From an uncultured virus (IMG/VR IMGVR_UViG_3300005826_000001) (taxonomy: Duplodnaviria > Heunggongvirae > Uroviricota > Caudoviricetes): a stretch of 64,000 bases of DNA. Within the stretch, counting starts at the first letter, position 1. Every line of letters begins with the position of its first letter. Location: positions 1 through 64,000 of IMG/VR virus record IMGVR_UViG_3300005826_000001. One strand, 5' to 3'. The notes beneath the pieces were generated by a model. It was not told the origin of the DNA and ran no database searches. It saw only the letters and a program-made list of their open reading frames with translations. Shown here piece by piece: positions 1 to 8,741 of the stretch. Made by a program: the position numbers and the translations under genes.

Positions 1-1
1 C

Positions 2-1162
2 GCAGAAGACCAGGATTCAGGCGAGTCCAAGGGCGAGGATGAGGGCGAGGACAAAGACGCAGAGACGGGCAGCGGAGGGGCTTCCGAGGACAGCGGTGGC
101 GAAGGTGACGAGGCAGCCCGTGAAGCAGCCGCCGAAGCTGGCCGCCAAGCGATGCTCAAGGACGCCGACAACGGCGACCTCATGGAGCTGGCCAAGGAGC
201 AAGTGATTGACGCCGCTCGCGCCGACGGCAGCCGCAATCGCCGATACTCCGCACACCCGCAAGCGGCAGCGGCGGATGCACAGATTATCCCGCACACTCG
301 TGCCGACAGCAACCTGGAGTACAACGTCATCAAAGAGAAGGTGGCCGCGCAGATCCGAGGGCTGAAGGGCAAGCTCACCACCGTCATTCGGGCTCGGGCG
401 GCATCCAAGCTCATCGGCGATCAGCGGAGCGGCGAGTTGGACAGCTCCAGGCTCGCTTCTGTGCGCACCGGCAACCGGGCGGTGTTTCAGGTTGAAGAGC
501 AGGGCGAGAAGCTAGACACCGCGATCAGCATCCTCATCGACCTCAGCGGCTCGATGGGCAACGGCGACGGCAACAGCCGATACAGCTACACCACCAAAGC
601 ATACCAGGCGAAGCTGATGGCAGTGGCGCTGGGTGAGACTTTCGCCGCGCTGAACATTCCATTTGAGATCATCGGTTTCCACACTCGCACTCGCGACAGT
701 ATCCGCTGCGAGCGGGACGGCTACAGCCGCATGGCACCGATGGAATACCACATGTTCAAGGCGTTCAGCGAGTCCTACCGCAAGGTGCGGAGCCGTCTCA
801 CGACGATCACGGGCCGCCAAGACAACGTGGACTGTGAAGCGGTGATGATGGTCGCGGAGCGGCTGGCGAAGCGCTCCGAGACACGCAAGATCATGTTCGT
901 GCTCTCTGACGGCCAACCGGCAGGCGGCGGTGTCGCGATAGATACCAACGAGAAGGCACTCAAGGAAGCAATCCAGAAGATCACACGCTCGGGCATCGAG
1001 GTGATTGGGATCGGCGCACAGACCAGGACCGTCCAGGACTTCTACAACGAGCGGCACGGCGCCACCCATGTCATCGTGAACGACATTGAGGCATTGGCCG
1101 TTGAAGTGTACAAGCTGATGCGGAGCCAGTTGCTCAAGGGCAAGAAGGGAGTGGCAGCGTGA
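2..1162 (+). CDS. CobT-like von Willebrand factor A domain protein (5'-truncated by window edge)
   Basis: Frame is open from position 2 through an acidic linker (AEDQDSGESKGEDE...). GELDSSRL segment, MIDAS motif DLSGS and VLSDGQP are typical of CobT/vWA proteins in large phages. Confidence 0.8.
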   Translation, partial: AEDQDSGESKGEDEGEDKDAETGSGGASEDSGGEGDEAAREAAAEAGRQAMLKDADNGDLMELAKEQVIDAARADGSRNRRYSAHPQAAAADAQIIPHTRADSNLEYNVIKEKVAAQIRGLKGKLTTVIRARAASKLIGDQRSGELDSSRLASVRTGNRAVFQVEEQGEKLDTAISILIDLSGSMGNGDGNSRYSYTTKAYQAKLMAVALGETFAALNIPFEIIGFHTRTRDSIRCERDGYSRMAPMEYHMFKAFSESYRKVRSRLTTITGRQDNVDCEAVMMVAERLAKRSETRKIMFVLSDGQPAGGGVAIDTNEKALKEAIQKITRSGIEVIGIGAQTRTVQDFYNERHGATHVIVNDIEALAVEVYKLMRSQLLKGKKGVAA

Positions 1163-2235
1163 CCACCTTCCCAGAGGGCTGGCGCTGCCCTGAAGCGCTC
1201 CGGGAGATGTACCCCGACATCGAGCGGAGGGTGTATCCAGCCATCCTCCATAAGAGCCGGGCGTTGCACCGCTCGCTCCCGTCCATCGGCGTGGACGACG
1301 CCATCCAGGAGGGACGGTTGGCCCTTCTCGGCGCGCTGTTGCGATACGACTACAACAAGGCGAAGGGCGGCTTGGTGGCCTATGCCAGCCGCGTCCTGAC
1401 CAATGCCTACCTTGGTCTGGTGTATCACGAGCTGGCGCAGTGTCGGACTCCCTTTGTGATCGTGACCGACGCCGACGGCAACGCCGTGAAGCGTCCACTT
1501 CCATTGTTGTCGCTCGATGACATGCTCGCATGGGACGGCGACGGTTGGGGCTATGAGCCGGCAGCGTCGGATGAATCGCCCGAGGTGGTGTGTAGCTGGG
1601 CGGAGTTGGACGCGCAAGCGAAGCGGATGAAGCTCCGACTGCTCAACACCTTGACGGGGTTGGACAAGAAGGTATTTACAGCCCGATGCAATCCGTCGGT
1701 GGAGCTGCTGAAGATGATCAAGAACAGCGGCGGCGACGCGAGCAAGGAAGTCCCCAGCATCGCCATCGCACGCTACTTAGGGGTCACCAAGAACACAGTT
1801 GATTGGAGCTTGCACAAAATCCGTTTGTTGTTCACAAAAATGGCCAAGTATGACTCGGAATTCAGCGAATTGTTTGGCGAGGCAGTAGCAGAAAAGGGGT
1901 GGCCGGTGATTCACATCAGCAAGGCCCCTTATCACGATCACGAGTTTGTGGCAGAGGTGATCGAGCGGAGGGGATTGGACCCTCGGCCAATTCCGGGCTA
2001 CGCGGCGGAGCCGGATCACTTCCAGGCAGCCGGTGAGTGGTCTCGGATGATCGAGCGTTATGAGTGGGGCGTGGTGTTGGTCTTGGGCAAGGGGAAGCTC
2101 CGCCGCACATTGGTGCTTGAGGGGAAATTCAACGCGCTGTTAGGTGTGGTCTACGGTGCCGACGGCGCACGCGAAAAGGTGCCTGTAGGTTGGTATGGGG
2201 ACCTGGTGAAGCGGCTCAAGGAGGGGCAAGAATGA
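1159..2235 (+). CDS. Phage sigma70-family RNA polymerase sigma factor-like protein
   Basis: Region-2-like DDAIQEGRLALLGALLRYDYNK...VAYA and region-4-like HTH IAIARYLGVTKNTVDWSLHKIR, plus an extra C-terminal region. GTGA overlap with the upstream gene. Confidence 0.7.
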   Translation: MTTFPEGWRCPEALREMYPDIERRVYPAILHKSRALHRSLPSIGVDDAIQEGRLALLGALLRYDYNKAKGGLVAYASRVLTNAYLGLVYHELAQCRTPFVIVTDADGNAVKRPLPLLSLDDMLAWDGDGWGYEPAASDESPEVVCSWAELDAQAKRMKLRLLNTLTGLDKKVFTARCNPSVELLKMIKNSGGDASKEVPSIAIARYLGVTKNTVDWSLHKIRLLFTKMAKYDSEFSELFGEAVAEKGWPVIHISKAPYHDHEFVAEVIERRGLDPRPIPGYAAEPDHFQAAGEWSRMIERYEWGVVLVLGKGKLRRTLVLEGKFNALLGVVYGADGAREKVPVGWYGDLVKRLKEGQE

Positions 2236-3104
2236 GCGACGATGCCAACAAATACATGCCACCCTGCGTGGGGCAATACGAGCGTGGGGATGAGACCTGT
2301 GACGGGGAACCGGAGCACGAAGATCCGGATCAGAGCGAGCCTTGTTTGTGGCGGAACCACTGTGCTGCCTTCCAGATCTATTTGAGGGAAAGCAAGAAGA
2401 CCACGGACGATTTGGTGGAGATCCAGCTGTGCGAGGTGGACGGAGTGGAGGATCATTACGCCATCGCCAAGCAGGATGCCACCGAGTTCATGAAAGAGCT
2501 GGACAAGGTCATCCGGCGTTGGGGCATCCGGGGCGGATTGTCCAAGAGGGATCCGTCCAAGGTAACACCACGCAAACACATGATTCGCAGCGCGAAGGGG
2601 CGACGCAAGAACAAGCGGCTGCCACGCGATTGTTCGCAGAGCGCGGCGACGGAAGCGCTGGTGGCGTTGTCGATCCGCAACCGGTTGGACTGTTACAAGA
2701 TTTTTGAGCACTTCCGAGCGGCGTTGCTGGAGCAGATCCCGTACAAGTATCCCAAGGGCTCCCAAGCGCTCTTGCCGGGACGGCTGTACACATCGGATAG
2801 GCGCAAGAAGAGCAAATACATGTCAATCTATGTGAGAACATCGAGCGGGCGGGACCAGCCATTGGCGTTGGTTCTCTTCAAGCCACGGACTGGGCTGGTA
2901 GATGTCTTGACACCGCTCCGAGCGACGGAGTGGAAGGGTGTTTCTCAAGCTGAACTCAAACAGCTCCACTTGGCCCCGCATGTCGATGGTTTCTTCACTT
3001 CTCGTGCCTCAGATCACGACAAGGACGGAGCGAGGTTTGTGGCGCAGGTTTACGGGCGGATGATCCGTGAGGGTAGACTAAACTGGTTGCCTCCACCAGT
3101 ATGA
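2232..3104 (+). CDS. Hypothetical protein, Cys-rich N-terminus
   Basis: ATGA overlap with the sigma gene and GAGGGG RBS; PPC..G.Y...DETC...C...C pattern. Confidence 0.6.
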   Translation: MSDDANKYMPPCVGQYERGDETCDGEPEHEDPDQSEPCLWRNHCAAFQIYLRESKKTTDDLVEIQLCEVDGVEDHYAIAKQDATEFMKELDKVIRRWGIRGGLSKRDPSKVTPRKHMIRSAKGRRKNKRLPRDCSQSAATEALVALSIRNRLDCYKIFEHFRAALLEQIPYKYPKGSQALLPGRLYTSDRRKKSKYMSIYVRTSSGRDQPLALVLFKPRTGLVDVLTPLRATEWKGVSQAELKQLHLAPHVDGFFTSRASDHDKDGARFVAQVYGRMIREGRLNWLPPPV

Positions 3105-3127
3105 GCTTTCCTTGTCCGGGGCTCGGT

Positions 3128-3201
3128 GGAGGCGTGGGTGGCGCCGCGATGGTGGGTTTTCATGGCTGACTTCCGGCCATCAGCGGCGTCACCCGCCTTT
3201 T
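3128..3201 (+). terminator. Long stem-loop followed by a T-run (terminator/attenuator-like)
   Basis: GGGTGGCGCCGC (3136-3147) pairs with GCGGCGTCACCC (3183-3194), GATGG pairs with CCATC, followed by GCCTTTT. Confidence 0.5.
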
Positions 3202-3226
3202 AATCCAACAATAATTGGGGCAATCA

Positions 3227-4204
3227 ATGAAACCGCGCGTGGTTCTCATCGGCGGTGGTATGTCTGGACTGATCGCGTCGTATGTGTTCAGGCGACTGCA
3301 AGCGGAGGTTCTGGTGATAGAGTCGGGCGCCTTGGGCGGGGAATTTCTCGCCGGAGGGCTCAAATACATTCACCACACCATCGGGATGATCAACCTGTTT
3401 GATGAATTGGGGGTGGTCTACAGCGACTATGCGATTTCAGGCGGGATCATGCTTCGCGGCGGGGTGCATCCCTATCCCAAATATTTGCACTCGCTTCCGG
3501 GCTCCGAGGCAGCCCGGATACGAGCCGATCACTACCGCAAGACGCGACGCACAGAAGCGGACGCGGAGTCCGCAGCGACGGCGATGAATGATCCGGCGGC
3601 AGCCAAGCCCCGCAAGGCCATCCGGGCTCACTTCCCAGAGGTGATCACGAAATTGGCCGGTGGGCTCATGGTGATGAAGACGGCGGTGACGGGGATCCGG
3701 GGTGGTGCGTTGCAGACCGCATCAGGGGTGTCAGTGCCCTATGACTACTGCGTGGTCACAATTCCGTTGTGGGCGGTGCGTCGGATGGCTGACTTCTATG
3801 TGCCGGAGGGCGTTGCGATGAAGCTGAACGTCATCCAGGTCCATCCCCTGCGGGACCGATACGTCCAATGGGACTATGTGTACACACCGTACACCCCTGC
3901 CGACGCCGTTCACCGTTTCTCGCCGTCGGGCTCCGGCTACTCCGTGGAGATCAACGGCCAGTTGGATGTCCCGAGGATGCACTCTGACCTCAATTTCATC
4001 TTTCAGGATGGGTGGGCCATAGATCAAGTGACGGAGGGGTTGAAGGGGCATCTGCTGCCGTTGGAAGTGGAGCCCGAGTGGCCAAATAACATAGCACCGC
4101 TGGGCCGATTTGCGACATGGAATTCACGCTCCACCATGGATGTGGTGTTGGAGGATGCGATTGACCTGGCTGAGAGATGGTTCGATGTCCGACCGATGGG
4201 ATGA
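3227..4204 (+). CDS. FAD-dependent oxidoreductase (UDP-galactopyranose mutase/amine oxidase-like fold)
   Basis: N-terminal dinucleotide-binding VLIGGGMSG...VIE...LGG. C-terminal LGRFATW...MD resembles the GRL..Y...DM end of Glf-family flavoproteins. Confidence 0.7.
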   Translation: MKPRVVLIGGGMSGLIASYVFRRLQAEVLVIESGALGGEFLAGGLKYIHHTIGMINLFDELGVVYSDYAISGGIMLRGGVHPYPKYLHSLPGSEAARIRADHYRKTRRTEADAESAATAMNDPAAAKPRKAIRAHFPEVITKLAGGLMVMKTAVTGIRGGALQTASGVSVPYDYCVVTIPLWAVRRMADFYVPEGVAMKLNVIQVHPLRDRYVQWDYVYTPYTPADAVHRFSPSGSGYSVEINGQLDVPRMHSDLNFIFQDGWAIDQVTEGLKGHLLPLEVEPEWPNNIAPLGRFATWNSRSTMDVVLEDAIDLAERWFDVRPMG

Positions 4205-5123
4205 GATGTTCAAGCGCCAAGCGCGACAGCAAGAGACGTTCAACCTGGACCCATCGGCGATGTCGCCGATGGACCGGGCTCGGGTGTCCAAGGACTTGGC
4301 CTTGGGGATGTTTGAAGAAGCAGCGGAGCTGATGCGGGTCGCCACGCACTTCAAGGCGCATGTGCTCCGGAGCAGACCCGTGGAGCAGGTCAATTTGGCT
4401 GATGAAGCCGCCGATGTGCTCAAGTATCTGATTGCAATCGCGCAGCTGTACGGGGTGGACTCCGACGGGCTGTATGACTCGTTCATGCGGAAGTCGGCGG
4501 TGGTCGATGATCGAGCCCGAGGGGAGCGTTTGGCGCTGGAGACTTCCACCCGCTTGGTTGTCATCGACGTGGACAACTGCCTGGCCGATTTGAGCGAGTG
4601 GCAAGACAAACTCAACAGTGCCCAGGGCGGAGCCCCAATGAACGATCGGACCATCGCTCTGCTTGAATCGCTCAAGGAGGATTTCTACAGGGGTGGCCAA
4701 TTCCGGGAGCTGCCGCCCATAAGAGGGGCTTCTGAAGCAACGCAAGCCATCCGGGACCTCGGGTTCAAGATCGTGTTGATGACAGCACGGCCATATGCGC
4801 AATACAAGAACCTGTATGCCGATACGATGTTTTGGCTCAGAGAACACGGGATGGCCTATGACTTGATTTTATTCGGGAAAGACAAGGCAGAATTGATCTA
4901 TGAGCACATCTTTCCAGCGCGCCCAACCTTCTTTGTGGAGGACCGGGTGAAGCATTGTCTGGAAGTCGCGTCCATAGGTGTGCCTGTTCTGTTATTGGAT
5001 TGGCCATACAACAGGGAATTGAAGGATACGCGGCTGATTCAACGGGTGTCTGATTGGCCTGCTATTGTCAAACGCGCCGCCGAAGCCATCGAAGGGAACC
5101 GGGATGAACATCACCGAGATTGA
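4185..5123 (+). CDS. MazG/dUTPase-like all-alpha NTP pyrophosphatase fused to HAD-family nucleotidase
   Basis: EEAAEL...DEAADVLKY (ExxE/ExxD) N-terminal domain; HAD motifs VIDVDNCL, MTAR, K and FVEDR in the C-terminal domain. Confidence 0.75.
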   Translation: MSDRWDEMFKRQARQQETFNLDPSAMSPMDRARVSKDLALGMFEEAAELMRVATHFKAHVLRSRPVEQVNLADEAADVLKYLIAIAQLYGVDSDGLYDSFMRKSAVVDDRARGERLALETSTRLVVIDVDNCLADLSEWQDKLNSAQGGAPMNDRTIALLESLKEDFYRGGQFRELPPIRGASEATQAIRDLGFKIVLMTARPYAQYKNLYADTMFWLREHGMAYDLILFGKDKAELIYEHIFPARPTFFVEDRVKHCLEVASIGVPVLLLDWPYNRELKDTRLIQRVSDWPAIVKRAAEAIEGNRDEHHRD

Positions 5124-5877
5124 TCTGGGCGGCCAACGCATGTATGTGTGCGATTCATCGAGCGATGAAGAGCGGGCGCTGATCGGCAAGGACGCTCCGC
5201 ACTCGCACTACGCCATCCGCCGGCATGAGATTCACGCGGAGCTAGCCGCATTCCAAAAGGTGGCCGAGAAGGTGGGCAAGGTGGGGCGCGTGGTGGAACT
5301 GTTTGGCGGCTCCGGCTGGCACGCTTCCATCATCCAGCAGCTGTGCAAACCAAGGGCGCACCTGGCATTGGACATCGAGAAGGATTGCGTGATGTCCATC
5401 AAGCGATCGCTTCCGGACGTGAACGCCAGGGTCACAGACTCTTATGCTTTCATCGGTGAACAACCCAAACGGTATTGGGATTGGGTGCACGCCGATTTCA
5501 ATCAGCTCACATTCAACCGATTTCTGACCGAGAAGCGCTACATGGACGCGGTTGACGCCATCTTCAAGGCGTCCAAGAAGTGGGTGACGATCACCGACAG
5601 CGCCATTTTCGGATTGTCCCGATTCCCCAAGAACCGGGCGTCATACCACAAGTCCATCGGGATGCACCCTGATCACTGGCCTGACTACTTTCGGGTGGTG
5701 GCTCGGAAATACAAGGAGCGATACGACTTTGGCACACTTATGGTGGTGACGTGGCATCGGATGTCATCGATGTTCTTGCTTCAGCGGGGGGCTCCGCAAG
5801 GGGCGTTGGAGATTGAAGAAGTGCAGGACAAGGTGCCTGTTAAAGTGGTGAGAGAATTCAAGGAGATTGTGCGATGA
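5104..5877 (+). CDS. Class I SAM-dependent methyltransferase-fold protein
   Basis: Motif I VVELFGGSG, acidic end of strand 2 (LALDIE), TDSY and WDWVHADF motif-IV-like strand. Confidence 0.55.
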   Translation: MNITEIDLGGQRMYVCDSSSDEERALIGKDAPHSHYAIRRHEIHAELAAFQKVAEKVGKVGRVVELFGGSGWHASIIQQLCKPRAHLALDIEKDCVMSIKRSLPDVNARVTDSYAFIGEQPKRYWDWVHADFNQLTFNRFLTEKRYMDAVDAIFKASKKWVTITDSAIFGLSRFPKNRASYHKSIGMHPDHWPDYFRVVARKYKERYDFGTLMVVTWHRMSSMFLLQRGAPQGALEIEEVQDKVPVKVVREFKEIVR

Positions 5878-6833
5878 ATGAACCGGAAGTGACCCTGCTG
5901 ACCTGGACTCGGGACCCTTTGGAGCTGGTGTACAGCGTGTGGGAGGCCAGCAAGACTGAGGAGCCGCTTCGGACTCCGGCGGAGATCAAGCGGGACGTGG
6001 CCCCTGAAGAGATTGAAAAGCTCTTCAGGGCGGTGATAGCCCAGCGCATCCCGATCGGCGAGCACGTGGACCTCGTGTTCATGCTGGAGGGTGTCTCTGT
6101 ATCTTGGCGGGAGCAGGCGGTGCGCCATCGGATCGGCACGCTCCCTTCGCCGGAGCGAGTGGGCGCCGACATAGTGATGGATGAGATACCTGATTTGGCC
6201 AAGAGTTCATGGTGGTCTCAGTCGATGCGCATCCAGGACATGGGGAGCTTTGCCACCAATGAGGCATACCGGCTGCCCTTGACAATTCAGCAACATCCGG
6301 ATAGCACGCTCATTGACTTGTACAGGGCGACAATGGAGCGGATTCAGGCGGGATACAACGCGCTGGTGGCGGCAGGGATACCGATGGAGGATGCTCGGGA
6401 GCTGATACCGTTGGGGGCGCAACACCGGATCAGCTGGAAGCTGAACATCTCAGCGCTGCAGCACATCGTGGGCAAGCGGGGATGTTGGATTTTGCAGCTT
6501 GGAATTTGGGGGCCCATCATCGAGGGGATGATCAACGAGTGCGCCGAGAAGATTCACCCCATATTCCGGGAGATGGTCTCACCGCCGTGCATGTCGGGAG
6601 ATGACTTCATGGGATGCGTGTACAAAGAAGAATGCCGCCGCCGGTTGACCGGGGACGACAAGCTGCCACCGTGTCCGCTCCATCTCAACCGCGAATGGAC
6701 GACGGAGCCCTTGCCCTTGGCATTGGGCAACGTGGACGTGCCGATGAAGGCGGAGATGATGGAGCGTGCGACGCAATATGAACGCTTCTGGGGCAGGGAT
6801 CCTTGGACAGGCACCAGAAAGGATGGCCGATGA
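5874..6833 (+). CDS. thyX: Divergent flavin-dependent thymidylate synthase (ThyX-like)
   Basis: GEHV, VSVSWREQAVRHR, SQSMR, GIPMEDARELIP and N...L.H...KR match the ThyX fold, but the RHR-x7-SxR motif is expanded to x30. ATGA overlaps on both sides. Confidence 0.7.
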   Translation: MNEPEVTLLTWTRDPLELVYSVWEASKTEEPLRTPAEIKRDVAPEEIEKLFRAVIAQRIPIGEHVDLVFMLEGVSVSWREQAVRHRIGTLPSPERVGADIVMDEIPDLAKSSWWSQSMRIQDMGSFATNEAYRLPLTIQQHPDSTLIDLYRATMERIQAGYNALVAAGIPMEDARELIPLGAQHRISWKLNISALQHIVGKRGCWILQLGIWGPIIEGMINECAEKIHPIFREMVSPPCMSGDDFMGCVYKEECRRRLTGDDKLPPCPLHLNREWTTEPLPLALGNVDVPMKAEMMERATQYERFWGRDPWTGTRKDGR

Positions 6834-8107
6834 ACCAGAATGAGGACACGACGGTCAACACCGAGAAGTACAACGGCCGTCTGATGAACAACGTGGTACG
6901 GCTGCCGATAACGGTTGAATCGGCAGCCGGAAGTGCCGTCAAGGATGTTGAGAAGCAACAACGCCTTTTGGATTTCTGGGGGGATGAGGGTGTCTGCGCG
7001 CTGGGCTACAACACGCCGGAGGTTCTTCAGGCGGTGTTCAAATTCTTTGGCACCGGGGCTCCGCACCAGCTCCCTGACATCTATCCCAATCCAACGCGCT
7101 GGGAAGCGGCGGAGCTGATTTGCCAGCGCACGGAGATGGACAGGATCTTCTTTTCCAACAGCGGGACTGAAGCCAACGAGGCAGCCATCAAGATTGCGCG
7201 CAAGTATTGGTGGGACCGGGGGCATGAAGAGCGGCGCCGCATCTTGACGATGGAAGGCAACTTCCATGGGCGCACCGGTCTGAGTCTCGCCGCCGGGGAC
7301 TTCCGAGTCAGTCCATATCACCGCCACGGGTTTGGGCCCATCGCTGCTGGCTTCGGAGTCCTGGACCCTAGATGGCGTGAAGATGAGTTGGTGCTCCAAC
7401 AGGTGGTTACAGACGGCGCCGAGCACGAGCCCAAGGCGCCAGATTGGGACACAGTCGCCGCCGTCATTCTCGCACCCGTCTTGGGCAACAACACTGTGCA
7501 CACATATCCGCCTGCATTCTGGCAAGAGTTGGCCAGGATACGCAAGCAGCACAGTTTCCTGCTCATCTATGACGATGTGCAAGCGGGCTCGGGACGCGCG
7601 GGCTATCACGCCACGTGGCAGCACCCGAAGATCAGAGTCAAGCCCGACATCATGACGCTGGCCAAGGGCTTGGCCATGGGTTTCCCGATGAGCTGTATGC
7701 TGGCGTCGGAGGATGTCGCCAAGGCGTTCACTCCAGGAGTCCACTTCAACACCTTCGGGGGCTCGCCCTTTGTCTGTCACATGGCAGCGGAGATGTTCAG
7801 ATGGTTGGATGCCAATTTGCCGATGGTGCGTAAACGGGGGGAGATGATCCGGACGGTGTTGGGTGGCTATGATTGGGTGGCCAGCGTCGATGGTTTCGGG
7901 ATGCTCAACGCCTTCACGCCCGACTTTCACACCTATGGATATGACGGTTTTCAGTTCATCCATCGGGCGCGGGAAGTCGGATTGTTGTTTGCCACGCATC
8001 GGCAATTCGGGCCTATCCGATTCACACCGCCGCTGACCATCCCGGAGAATGATCTGGCTTGGGCATTGGCAGCGGTGGATGCTGTTCACAAGGGGTTGGC
8101 TCTGTGA
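6830..8107 (+). CDS. Class III PLP-dependent aminotransferase (ArgD/ornithine aminotransferase-like)
   Basis: FSNSGTEANEAAIKIAR, NFHGRT, YDDVQAGSGRAG, PDIMTLAKG (PLP lysine), TFGGSP and IRFTPPL. Confidence 0.9.
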   Translation: MNQNEDTTVNTEKYNGRLMNNVVRLPITVESAAGSAVKDVEKQQRLLDFWGDEGVCALGYNTPEVLQAVFKFFGTGAPHQLPDIYPNPTRWEAAELICQRTEMDRIFFSNSGTEANEAAIKIARKYWWDRGHEERRRILTMEGNFHGRTGLSLAAGDFRVSPYHRHGFGPIAAGFGVLDPRWREDELVLQQVVTDGAEHEPKAPDWDTVAAVILAPVLGNNTVHTYPPAFWQELARIRKQHSFLLIYDDVQAGSGRAGYHATWQHPKIRVKPDIMTLAKGLAMGFPMSCMLASEDVAKAFTPGVHFNTFGGSPFVCHMAAEMFRWLDANLPMVRKRGEMIRTVLGGYDWVASVDGFGMLNAFTPDFHTYGYDGFQFIHRAREVGLLFATHRQFGPIRFTPPLTIPENDLAWALAAVDAVHKGLAL

Positions 8108-8691
8108 TCATCATATTGGAGGGGCTCAACGGGACTGGCAAGTCATCTTGTGCCCAGGAGCTGTCGCAGTGGCTTGAATGGCCGGTGTATCGGCCGTTCA
8201 GGCGGGGCAACTCCGATCTGCATTGGGGGCACGAGGGCGACGCGGAGCGAGTGCTCAGGGATGACTTCCGGATACCTCTGAACTGCCACATCGAGGATCT
8301 TTTCACGGCAGACCTGCTAGGCACCCTCCGAGCAAACGTCATATTGGACCGCTCGCTGCCCTCCGCTGTCGCCTATGGTGTGCTTCACAACCATCTGGAT
8401 GGTTACTACAAGGACCTGTCTGCGAGCCGCAAATTGGTGGGATTCTGGCAGGAGCTGATGACACAGCAGGGCGGCGATGTGCTGTACGTTTGGATGACCG
8501 CCGCCTATGACGTTTGTAAGCGGCGCTGCGAGGGGAGGTGGTTCCCATCGCAGGCCGATTGGAGAACACTGGACCGGCTGTTCACGCTGATGTTCGAGCG
8601 CTCCATCACGGTTCCAAAGTGCCATATCACAACCACCAACGTGGTCAAAGGCGACGCGGCGCGCGCAGTCCTATCAAGGTTGGGCGAATAA
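8104..8691 (+). CDS. Deoxynucleoside monophosphate kinase (thymidylate kinase-like P-loop)
   Basis: IILEGLNGTGKSS P-loop and VILDRS motif; GTGA overlap with the aminotransferase. Confidence 0.75.
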   Translation: MIIILEGLNGTGKSSCAQELSQWLEWPVYRPFRRGNSDLHWGHEGDAERVLRDDFRIPLNCHIEDLFTADLLGTLRANVILDRSLPSAVAYGVLHNHLDGYYKDLSASRKLVGFWQELMTQQGGDVLYVWMTAAYDVCKRRCEGRWFPSQADWRTLDRLFTLMFERSITVPKCHITTTNVVKGDAARAVLSRLGE

Positions 8692-8741
8692 ACGTCCGAG
8701 TGGTTTGGTAGGATATACACGCCGCCGATTGGAGGGATCGG

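Noticed and set aside
6554..8089. Long antisense ORFs (for example 511 aa here, also 17181-18263, 22598-23674 and 28248-29234)
   Set aside because: They are shadows of GC-rich + strand genes, with no motifs or RBS.
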